From a virus (taxonomy: Duplodnaviria; Caudoviricetes): DNA of 25,898 nt. How positions within the stretch are numbered: the stretch's first letter is position 1; the number at the start of each line of letters is the position of its first letter. Of this stretch, positions 17,485 through 25,397 are shown piece by piece. Location: positions 1 to 25,898 of the IMG/VR virus record IMGVR_UViG_3300025036_000013, one strand, 5' to 3'. Position numbers and translations under genes: made by a program. Under the pieces are notes generated by a model. That model was not told where the DNA came from. It did no database searches and saw nothing but the letters and a program-made list of their open reading frames with translations.

Positions 17485-18732
17485 TTACGCCACGTCGAGA
17501 ATGTAAACCGCGTCCCGCTGCTCCAGTACCGGCAGGCCCTTGTTCTGAACGCGAATCCAGACACCCTCGGGATCCTTCTCTTCCCACTGATCAGTCTTTA
17601 CTCCGTAGTGCCGATCATTCCCGAAAGGAGAAGACAGGAAGTTGGCAATAGGCTGACCTTCCACCTTGGACGCGAAGAAGATGCACTTATCATCCGGAAT
17701 GTACTTCCTCGTGACAGAGACCTTGTCCTCACCAGCTCTGAAACTGGCAGTGGGGGCAGCGGCAACAGTAAAGTAGCCACCCTGTGGAGTGACCGAGGAG
17801 ATGGTTTCATCCTCATAGGTTTTGGCGGAAACATCATAGAAACGGACAGTCATGCCAGCTTCGAAGTCGCTGATATCATCCACATAAATATCAGTGGTTG
17901 AAGAGCCGGTGACAGCAGCGGTCAGCCATGCGGAGACAACATAGGTATCATCATCGACCACGATGTTATCGACCCCAAAGAGGGAACCGAGAACCTGCGG
18001 ACGTACTCCAATAACAGATCCGGATTTCCCGAAGAGATCCCCTTCCCCGAAGGTGCTCTTTTGCAGTAATCCACGCATGGTAGTATCAGCGGCGATATAC
18101 CTGAGAACCGTGGAGTTCATGAGCATGTAATCCACGGTCCCACCACACGCATCCGACACGGCAATCTTAGCGGACATAACGTCATCAAGGATATCCTTGG
18201 TGGAACCGGAGGGCCACATGTCACCGGTAACCAAGGTGACAACCTGATTCGACGGAATGTCGTAGTCCACCGTAGCCATCACTCCACCTTTGGTAAGATA
18301 GGAGAATGTCCCGGAAGACAACATCTTGGCGTACATCCATTCTTTCCGCCGTTCAGCCCTGCCCACCATCATGCCGAGATTCTTCGCCAGTTTGGTCCTG
18401 GCAGCTTCGTATTGTTCAGTGGTTCCCTCCTTGCGGAGATTGTTGAGGAAGGATTCGTCCAAGTACATCTTTTCCTTCCAGAAAGCAGCTACCGCGGTGT
18501 GCTCGGTCACTCCAACAGGGGCCACCTGCTGCGCGGGAGAACCTGGCGCGGCAAACGGAGTAAGTCCCCTATTTCCAATCATGGACTCCCATTTGATCAC
18601 GTCGGAATCTGCCTTGTTCGGGGTACCGAACAAATTGGCAAGAATCAAATGAGGAGGATTCATGAAACGAGTGACCAGCTTTTGCAGTCGTGCAAGCCTC
18701 AGGTCCGGGATGTCAGAAGCTCCAATAGGCAT
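17485..18732 (-). CDS. Major capsid protein (lambda gpE-like family, HK97 fold) with an internal insertion domain
   Basis: LTPFAAPGSPA, ERRKEWMYAKMLSSG, VDYDIPS, W...KDILDD, KYIPDD and DPEGVWIRVQNKGLPVL are typical capsid-E motifs. Strong RBS GGAGGTAAC. Confidence 0.92.
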   Translation of the reverse strand: MPIGASDIPDLRLARLQKLVTRFMNPPHLILANLFGTPNKADSDVIKWESMIGNRGLTPFAAPGSPAQQVAPVGVTEHTAVAAFWKEKMYLDESFLNNLRKEGTTEQYEAARTKLAKNLGMMVGRAERRKEWMYAKMLSSGTFSYLTKGGVMATVDYDIPSNQVVTLVTGDMWPSGSTKDILDDVMSAKIAVSDACGGTVDYMLMNSTVLRYIAADTTMRGLLQKSTFGEGDLFGKSGSVIGVRPQVLGSLFGVDNIVVDDDTYVVSAWLTAAVTGSSTTDIYVDDISDFEAGMTVRFYDVSAKTYEDETISSVTPQGGYFTVAAAPTASFRAGEDKVSVTRKYIPDDKCIFFASKVEGQPIANFLSSPFGNDRHYGVKTDQWEEKDPEGVWIRVQNKGLPVLEQRDAVYILDVA

Positions 18733-18772
18733 TCAAGTTACCTCCATTTGGTACAGAGTTAAAAGATTAAAA

Positions 18773-19453
18773 CTACTTCATGATAAGGTATTGACCCTTG
18801 GACGCTGCACTCAAATCAGTCTTTGCGGCAGCATCACTGTAGGTCAGCAAGCCTTCGTACAACATAGCGTTGGACAGGATCACCACACCCAGGGCATCGA
18901 GAGCGTCGGAGCCATTCCCGGTATCCACGGCAGCTTCCAGAATCCCGACCGCATCACTGAAGTTGTTCGAGGAGTCGCCAGCTTCCACGGCAACATAAGC
19001 GACATGCGCCACGGTGAACGCACCAGAGATATTCGTGGTTCCAGTAATAGTAGCCTTGTTGATGTAAGTGGTAGTATCAATAGCGGTGATCACTCCCAGA
19101 TTCTCAGCGGCGACGGTATTGTCATTGATGATAAAGTCATCCCCAACCGCGAACTTATAGCTATCCTCCAAGGTCACGGTGACAACCTTTTGAGCGGCAG
19201 CAGGAGACTCCAGCAGGAAAGTACGGCCGGACGACGCAATGGAAGCAGAGAAAGTGGTAGCATTGTACGGAACCAACTTCCCCTTGTTCCCAGCGGCGGA
19301 AATGTTCTCGGCCAGTACAGTCCCGGCATCCAACTTCCCGTACCCAGCCTGAAGCGTGACAGGCACCTTCAGGGCGTGATCCGGGTTCGAGTAGTAGAGC
19401 CTCTTGTAAGTTTGCTCAGACCCATGAGTTACAGAAGGAATATCGTAAGGCAT
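18773..19453 (-). CDS. Head decoration protein (lambda gpD-like) with an insertion domain
   Basis: VTLQAGYGKLDAGTVLA...KLVPY...AVGIL pattern, located between the scaffold and capsid genes. Strong RBS GGGAGG. Confidence 0.8.
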   Translation of the reverse strand: MPYDIPSVTHGSEQTYKRLYYSNPDHALKVPVTLQAGYGKLDAGTVLAENISAAGNKGKLVPYNATTFSASIASSGRTFLLESPAAAQKVVTVTLEDSYKFAVGDDFIINDNTVAAENLGVITAIDTTTYINKATITGTTNISGAFTVAHVAYVAVEAGDSSNNFSDAVGILEAAVDTGNGSDALDALGVVILSNAMLYEGLLTYSDAAAKTDLSAASKGQYLIMK

Positions 19454-19498
19454 TGTTTAGGACCTCCCTTGATAGAAGTAATTCCTCCAAGATTTAAA

Positions 19499-20035
19499 TT
19501 ACGCGACAGACATCCCGGAACGGGAGATCATGTCACTCAGCCAATCCTCCTCGGCCTTCTCATCCTCTTTGGGTTGGACATCGGCGGGGCGTGCGAAAGT
19601 GCCCACTCCCAGAACGGAGACAACCGCTCCGCGCCCTTCCCAATCAGCGATTTCGGCAACCACGGCTTCGGTGAATTTGCCAGTATCGAAGACACCATCC
19701 TTGACAAAAGCGTCCTTTTGGATCATCACACTCACCTTAGCGAACAGATTCCGGGGAATCTTGCTCTCGGCAAGTTTAGCAGTCCAGATAGCGGACGCGG
19801 TAGCACTCTGCTCCCTCTCATCCCGAATAGCCAGGGCCTTTTCGAGAGCCAGGATCTTGTCACCGGAGCCCTTCAGATCGGTAGACATTTGAGTAACTTT
19901 CTGCTCAATCCCCTCACGCTCCGCAGCGAACTTCTTCTCTGCCGCAGCCTTAGCCTCATCAGAGACCTTAGCCAGTAGAGCAGCGAAAGCATCGGGATGC
20001 TCCTCCTTGAATTTCACAATGGCATCCTTCTCCAT
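19499..20035 (-). CDS. Putative nested in-frame scaffold protein
   Basis: CAGGAGGAGAGTGGAATT-ATG (ATG at 20035) just after the acidic linker. Analogous to lambda C/Nu3 and Mu I/Z. Confidence 0.55.
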   Translation of the reverse strand: MEKDAIVKFKEEHPDAFAALLAKVSDEAKAAAEKKFAAEREGIEQKVTQMSTDLKGSGDKILALEKALAIRDEREQSATASAIWTAKLAESKIPRNLFAKVSVMIQKDAFVKDGVFDTGKFTEAVVAEIADWEGRGAVVSVLGVGTFARPADVQPKEDEKAEEDWLSDMISRSGMSVA

Positions 20036-20863
20036 AATTCCACTCTCCTCCTGTTCAAATTGTTCATTTCCGTCGCCAGCTTCGCTAAACAAATCCCCCA
20101 AATCCAACTCCTCCTCGGAAAAGGCCTTCGATTCCGTCCTACTATCATATCCGAAGACAGTCACCGAAGCTTCCTTAAATCTGCTTTTCCGCCAAACAGT
20201 CCCAGGCCCAGCGAACTTAAAGCCGTTTACATCAACCTCCTCATTCTTGTCCAACCGCTGAACTCCTTCTGGGATTGCGTAGATAGACGCCTGAAATGGG
20301 AAGCCCTGCGCACTCAGTTTGCGGAACTCTAAACTCTCCTCTGTGTCAACGTACTCCACTCCCTCTGGCCCAACTTCCAAGCTATACTTACCAGTGACCC
20401 GAGGTTTGATAGTTGAGAATCCGATCTTCTTATTCGTATCGTGTCCCTCAAGGATAGGAAAGGAGTCATTCCCAAAGGACATTCCATCGAGATCGATGAC
20501 TAGATTGCCCCAATACCAATGATTCTCAATCACCTTTCCGGAGTAGGCCACCATAGATAGCTGGGCTGCTCCCCCTTCCTTATCCGGAGCCCTGAGAAAC
20601 ACATTCTGCCCGGAGTTCTCGGAAAGGATCAGAGCGTTCCTTGGGACTTTCCCACTTTTCAGCCTGGCTCTATCCATAGTCCCTCCTTCCAGAGAAAACT
20701 TAGAGTTTGCAATCCTGATTGCCTTCGGGGCACATGTCTGGTCGGTTCCTCCATCTTTCAGACACTTACTAAGAACTCCATTTGCGATGGATATCCACTC
20801 TTTCTTCTGCTCCGGAGTCAATCCCTTCTTGTGCTTGTCCACATCTGCAACAGTCCACGGCAT
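19499..20863 (-). CDS. Prohead maturation protease / scaffold fusion with an N-terminal ChaB-like helical domain
   Basis: Protease motifs VAYSG, VIDLDGM, PILEGHD...IG, GFPFQASI, KEASVTVFGYD, then an acidic linker and a coiled-coil C-terminal scaffold region. Confidence 0.85.
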   Translation of the reverse strand: MPWTVADVDKHKKGLTPEQKKEWISIANGVLSKCLKDGGTDQTCAPKAIRIANSKFSLEGGTMDRARLKSGKVPRNALILSENSGQNVFLRAPDKEGGAAQLSMVAYSGKVIENHWYWGNLVIDLDGMSFGNDSFPILEGHDTNKKIGFSTIKPRVTGKYSLEVGPEGVEYVDTEESLEFRKLSAQGFPFQASIYAIPEGVQRLDKNEEVDVNGFKFAGPGTVWRKSRFKEASVTVFGYDSRTESKAFSEEELDLGDLFSEAGDGNEQFEQEESGIMEKDAIVKFKEEHPDAFAALLAKVSDEAKAAAEKKFAAEREGIEQKVTQMSTDLKGSGDKILALEKALAIRDEREQSATASAIWTAKLAESKIPRNLFAKVSVMIQKDAFVKDGVFDTGKFTEAVVAEIADWEGRGAVVSVLGVGTFARPADVQPKEDEKAEEDWLSDMISRSGMSVA

Positions 20864-20884
20864 AAACTTCTCCTATCCCATCAG

Positions 20885-21244
20885 CTAATTAGCACTAATA
20901 GCCGACGGCTCCTTCGGCTGCATACTTTCCCTACAAATCCATGCTCCGGCGTGAGCATTCAGTGCGGAGAAGTCTTTAGTATGCGCCGAAACTCTATACA
21001 ACCAATATCCACTTTGGGGAGGATTCTCCCAGGTAAACAAGCAAGAAGTTGCATCACAATTACTTCCTGCCTCCCGAACCTCCCCCCATTCCACCCTGGC
21101 TCCATCTGCAATAGTACCTATCTGGACAGGATAGGGAGTAGAGCCAATAGAAATAACCCTCTTGAGCGTATCGGAGTCGACCGTCAAAGCCAGGGTAGAA
21201 ATCACTAAAATCACAAAGAGGGCGAGAACCAATCTTCGCGTCAT
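20885..21244 (-). CDS. Predicted exported protein (signal peptide, small beta-sandwich-like domain)
   Basis: MTRRLVLALFVILVISTLALT has a basic N-region and hydrophobic H-region. The mature part has FTWENP..GYWLYRVSA and three Cys. ATGA overlap with the upstream gene. Confidence 0.7.
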   Translation of the reverse strand: MTRRLVLALFVILVISTLALTVDSDTLKRVISIGSTPYPVQIGTIADGARVEWGEVREAGSNCDATSCLFTWENPPQSGYWLYRVSAHTKDFSALNAHAGAWICRESMQPKEPSAISAN

Positions 21245-21474
21245 CTTATTGATCTCCCCACCGCTACTCCGAACAGTCCAGCAAATGCGTTTAGAATGAT
21301 ATTCTCAGGAGCCCATATAGAGACTATGCACAGAATAACCACGGCGAGAATAGCGAAATCCTTATCGTCTAGGTTGAGAGGCTTCCTACCAGCTGCGCGG
21401 CAATCGGTCAGCACGCTCCCCTTGATCTCGGAACCTTCCTCATCATAGACTCCAGACTCTTTGCTCTCATTCAT
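21241..21474 (-). CDS. Small membrane protein with two C-terminal hydrophobic segments (holin-like topology)
   Basis: FAILAVVILCIVSIWA and IILNAFAGLFGVAVG. Starts 2 nt after the portal stop. Confidence 0.65.
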   Translation of the reverse strand: MNESKESGVYDEEGSEIKGSVLTDCRAAGRKPLNLDDKDFAILAVVILCIVSIWAPENIILNAFAGLFGVAVGRSIR

Positions 21475-21476
21475 GA

Positions 21477-23087
21477 CTACTTCCTATTGAGCGTCTTCTT
21501 GACGATGGTTTTCTTGGCTACGGGCTTGGTTTCGTCTGCTTTCTTGGCTACAGGTTCTTCCTTCGTCTCTTGATCCTTGGTTTCCAACTCCTGAACAGAT
21601 TCTTGATCTATCCCTGTAGAGAGTTCCGGGAAGATTTCCTGCTCCAGGGCCTCATCCAGCCTAAAAGTCTTGTAGCAATTGAAACCAAGACGCTTCGCAA
21701 TCTCAGCCCTGGGAATACCAAGCATCTCGGACAGTCCGCCGTGCTTGACTCCCAAGAAAGCCTTCACTTTCGACTCAATATCCGCGATGTCAGACAGCGG
21801 AAATGAGATTTCCAGTAATTGCTCGGGGCGCTTCTTGACTTCCTTGATGATGACTTTCCCCTTATCGTCAAATCCCACAGCCACCTTAGTGGACATGGTC
21901 TCCGGAATCTCACCAAGTTTAGCCTTCAGAAAGAAGATCCCTCCCCAGAAGTCGTATCTCAACCAGCGCTCAAAGTAGACTACCTCATCGGAAACACGAT
22001 CCGAGAGAGGACCACGAGAGGCTTTAACACTCGCATAGGGACTCTTGGATTGCCCCATGGTCACATCCGAGGGTTCGTTTAGCCCACTCACTACCATGGA
22101 GAGAATGTCGGTGTCAGAATCCGATATCTTGGGGAGATTCGGAGTGACAGCAATGAGTTTCATTCCAGGAGGAAGGATTAGGGTAGCTCCAGGAGTTTTC
22201 TTGGCCGCAATCCCGGTCTTCCTTCGTTCTTCATCCGACAGAGTGAGCCAAGTACGAAATGTCTTCATGTCCTGCATCTCGATTGCCCAGACAAAGGAAC
22301 CAGATGCCTTCTTATGATCAATCTCGTACTTCTTCAAGTTCTCGTAGTAATTCAGCCATTCAATCACTGTCCTGAGATATGAAATCCCACGCCTCACCAA
22401 GATTCCCCTATCCCACGCAATGATGAAACGGGAGAAGCCGTTTACTCCATACTGGGAGGATCTACTCTCCGCCAGACTCTCCTCCGAGATAAGAGAGTTA
22501 CCTTCTACGTTTCTCAGGAGATTGGGATCTCTCGCGACGAAGATACTTGGAATTACCCTTGCTCCCAGATTATCTCCCAACTGCACATTGTATGCGACCG
22601 GGAGCAGTTTCTTGGTTCTATGGAAGTAGATCCCATCACTTCCAGCTCCGTCTATCGAGGAGGGATCAAGGTAATCCACTTCTATAAACTTGTCGCTGTG
22701 AACCGTGAGAAGGAGAAATAGTTCCCCGTCGATGAAAGCTTTAGTGACGTACTTCGGCCAGTAACTATACAGACGGTTTCGCCAATCCAGCTCGGTCTCG
22801 TCAATGATACCCTGAATGGAGAGGTCCGAGCAGGAGACCTTGAAGCCATCCCCAGTCAGTCTGCCAGCCATTCCTCTGACCGACGTGTTGACTTGAGGAT
22901 TCTTATTGAACTTACTCCAGCATTCCTGCTGAAGATCAGATCTTGAGGTAGAAGAAAAGTATGACTGAGTATTATCGGGATCTACATAAGTTCCAGTCTG
23001 CGAATCCTCTTGCCAGGGAATGGAAAATCTCACTCGTTCCAGAACTTCATCCGGGATTTCTTCCAGAAGCTTAGCGAAATCTGTCAT
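21477..23087 (-). CDS. Portal protein
   Basis: 536 aa directly after the terminase. NPQVNTSV, KAFIDGELFLLL, RGISYLRTVIEWL and ILPPGMKL resemble portal motifs. Low-complexity charged C-terminus. Confidence 0.85.
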   Translation of the reverse strand: MTDFAKLLEEIPDEVLERVRFSIPWQEDSQTGTYVDPDNTQSYFSSTSRSDLQQECWSKFNKNPQVNTSVRGMAGRLTGDGFKVSCSDLSIQGIIDETELDWRNRLYSYWPKYVTKAFIDGELFLLLTVHSDKFIEVDYLDPSSIDGAGSDGIYFHRTKKLLPVAYNVQLGDNLGARVIPSIFVARDPNLLRNVEGNSLISEESLAESRSSQYGVNGFSRFIIAWDRGILVRRGISYLRTVIEWLNYYENLKKYEIDHKKASGSFVWAIEMQDMKTFRTWLTLSDEERRKTGIAAKKTPGATLILPPGMKLIAVTPNLPKISDSDTDILSMVVSGLNEPSDVTMGQSKSPYASVKASRGPLSDRVSDEVVYFERWLRYDFWGGIFFLKAKLGEIPETMSTKVAVGFDDKGKVIIKEVKKRPEQLLEISFPLSDIADIESKVKAFLGVKHGGLSEMLGIPRAEIAKRLGFNCYKTFRLDEALEQEIFPELSTGIDQESVQELETKDQETKEEPVAKKADETKPVAKKTIVKKTLNRK

Positions 23088-23163
23088 GGCATTTCTCCAA
23101 CCAAGTTCAAGGACTTGTAATCACCCAGTAACACGAAGAAAACTAGGAAAGCAACCATAAATA

Positions 23164-25248
23164 TTATCTCCCCAATCTGGCCTCACCAGGAATCATGGTT
23201 CCGAAGAAGGGTTTCCCACCAATAACCCTGAGATTATCCACGGTGAGAGTCCTCCCTCCAAACAGGGTCAGCCCGGTGGAATAGACAGCATCGTCCTGAA
23301 CTCCACCAATGTTTCTCTTGGTTGGGGAGCCGAAGAAGCGTTTATCCGGATTGTGATCGAAGGATTGGAGTTCCTCCCTGAAGATATCCTGCTTTCCGGC
23401 TCCGGCTACCTTAACAGAGGGAGCTTTGAAACGCCCATCTCTCACGGCGGTGAAAAGCTCGGTGAAGAAGGTTTTCTGCTTGTCATAACTAGGGAAGATA
23501 AGCTCGGGAGTTATGTTTTTCCCCTCACACCAGGGAACCAGATCCCAAGCTCCCCAGCGCTCAGAGCAGAAGGAGTCTATATCTCCGTAGGTATCCTGCC
23601 CCTCGGAGAGAACTCGCTTGATTCCTTCCAATGAACTGTCCTCGATATGGAAAAGTCCAATGAGAAAGTAGATGTAGAAATGATCGAACGACATTCCATC
23701 AGCGGTAGAATATCGATTGGATCTGCTCCCAGGAAGCCCTTTCAGGAGGAAGGTGACAATAGTTCTAGCAGAGGTGCGGGATTTCATGGGATCGGCACGG
23801 TCCATTCCGGCAAGGATCGCCCAATCCGAATCGTACTCATCGGCCAGTTTGTCAATCGCTTCGATAGGGGCAAGGCTCCCAAACGGAGAATTTGCCCCAC
23901 CAAGCGTGTAGATCTCGTCCAAACTCCTCAAACGGGAGGTGGATTCTCTGTAGTTCTGCCTGTGCATGACTCTCAGCGAGACTCTGTCAATCCCCTTTTC
24001 CACCATTCGCTCGATGGTGTCGTCAATCCTGACCTTCTTGGTCACAAGCTCCTGAACAACCGTATGATTTCCGACGGTTCCATCAGCTCCCATGTACCCA
24101 ATGAGAGAAATCAAGACGTTATCGAAGGCTCTCCCGGCAGCGCTCTCCCAAGTATTCTTGAAGTACTGGTCGAAGGACGCGGGGAGCATCTTCCCTCGAT
24201 AGGAGCTGAGCTGTGCGTCGTTCATGTTGGGGTTCATATAGTCGGATTGATCGGCGGTCTTGCTAAATCTGTAGGAGAAGTAGAGAGATTTATCGGACCC
24301 TTTCATGTATGACTTGAACAGCTTGTAGAGAATATGGTCCTTGGGGCTGACGGTACTATCAATGATCCCGAAAGCATTTGGTATGTTCCGGATACTCCCA
24401 TCGAGCTGCTCAAAGAATTTCGGATCGCGCTGCTCGAACATTTCAGAGAAGGTGTAGCAGGTGATGTTGGAGACGATCCCGGAGTAGCTGGAGATACTTC
24501 TGATGGATGAAGCAATCTCACCAGAGGAATCCCGGAGGGTGATGTCCTTGATCTTGACGTTCTTTCGCCCAACAGCGGCGAGCAGTTTAGGACTGTGCAG
24601 AATGATATCGGAGATGATATCAAAGTGAACGAACTTCACCTGATCCTTGCTGTTAGCACCAAGAACAATGAGTTGCTTAGGCCAACACATGAACTTCCAG
24701 ATGACGATCAAGCAAGCCAGGAAAGACTTTCCGTCCCCACGAGGCCAGCAGAAGACAATCAGTCGGTGCTTGAAACGTCCAAGATCCAGTGCCAAGGCTC
24801 TCTTTACGATAACTTGCTGCTCCAGCCACATCCCATGATAGCTTCTCCCGGTTCCCTCATCCGGCTCTCGGGGAAGCTTACTCATGGGAGTCCAGATCGG
24901 AATCGTGGAACCAGCGGGATAGAGGGGGATGCAGACATTATCCTCGGCCCATCTGATGAAGCCCTCACCACCTTGACGATACTCGTCGATTATGGTTTGT
25001 CTTCTTTCCCGCCTCTCGAAGTTCTCGTTGGCTCTCTCGACAAAACCGGTTCTCCGCCTGGGGGTAATGTACTCCTCCAAGGGATGAGTTTCGACGTAGA
25101 TACGTTCCTCCTTATTGAGCACACTGATTCTCTTGGTTTTGAGATTAGGTTTAATGGCCTGGATGGCTTTTTTGATCTCCAGCTTGGACACCAATTTCCT
25201 ATTGAGAACCTTGCTGGGATTCACGTCTTCATTTTCATTGAGTAGCAC
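23164..25248 (-). CDS. terL: Terminase large subunit
   Basis: Walker A region IVFCWPRGDGKS, GANSKDQ, variant Walker B CYTFSE, coupling motif IIDST, nuclease motifs ILAGMDRAD and QDDAVYS. GTG start after GAGGGTG. Confidence 0.92.
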   Translation of the reverse strand: MLLNENEDVNPSKVLNRKLVSKLEIKKAIQAIKPNLKTKRISVLNKEERIYVETHPLEEYITPRRRTGFVERANENFERRERRQTIIDEYRQGGEGFIRWAEDNVCIPLYPAGSTIPIWTPMSKLPREPDEGTGRSYHGMWLEQQVIVKRALALDLGRFKHRLIVFCWPRGDGKSFLACLIVIWKFMCWPKQLIVLGANSKDQVKFVHFDIISDIILHSPKLLAAVGRKNVKIKDITLRDSSGEIASSIRSISSYSGIVSNITCYTFSEMFEQRDPKFFEQLDGSIRNIPNAFGIIDSTVSPKDHILYKLFKSYMKGSDKSLYFSYRFSKTADQSDYMNPNMNDAQLSSYRGKMLPASFDQYFKNTWESAAGRAFDNVLISLIGYMGADGTVGNHTVVQELVTKKVRIDDTIERMVEKGIDRVSLRVMHRQNYRESTSRLRSLDEIYTLGGANSPFGSLAPIEAIDKLADEYDSDWAILAGMDRADPMKSRTSARTIVTFLLKGLPGSRSNRYSTADGMSFDHFYIYFLIGLFHIEDSSLEGIKRVLSEGQDTYGDIDSFCSERWGAWDLVPWCEGKNITPELIFPSYDKQKTFFTELFTAVRDGRFKAPSVKVAGAGKQDIFREELQSFDHNPDKRFFGSPTKRNIGGVQDDAVYSTGLTLFGGRTLTVDNLRVIGGKPFFGTMIPGEARLGR

Positions 25249-25352
25249 GAATCACCCTCGCTTTCCGCCGATGATTTCCCGCTCCGGGGCACCGAGCAGG
25301 CCAAAACTGGAAAATGGATGGAAATCAAGCATTTAAGCATCCCCCTAAAGTC

Positions 25353-25369
25353 CTGGCACGTTATTCGCA
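25353..25369 (+). promoter_or_regulatory. Sigma-54-like -24/-12 element, oriented antisense to the operon
   Basis: CTGGCACGTTATTCGCA has exact GG-N10-GC spacing and TGGCACG, with TCGC in place of consensus TTGC. It lies in the largest intergenic gap. Confidence 0.4.
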
Positions 25370-25376
25370 ATAATAT

Positions 25377-25390
25377 CCTTATATATAAGG
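25377..25390. repeat. Perfect 14-bp palindrome CCTTATATATAAGG
   Basis: Read directly from the intergenic sequence. Confidence 0.9.
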
Positions 25391-25397
25391 CATTTTT

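Noticed and set aside
18662-19978. 438-aa plus-strand ORF as a real overlapping gene
   Set aside because: It is in exact antisense codon register with the decoration and scaffold genes, so avoidance of TTA/CTA/TCA explains it. It has no recognisable motifs.
23088-23163. Sigma-70 promoter or terminator between terL and portal
   Set aside because: TTGCTT is present on the minus strand but the -10 match is poor. The short hairpin has no U-tract.
23353-25245. Plus-strand ORFs of 93-221 aa over terL
   Set aside because: Antisense shadows of a well-supported gene, with no protein-like features.
23164-25248. Intein in the long terminase
   Set aside because: No Cys/Ser-start...His-Asn splice junction or LAGLIDADG motifs were seen.
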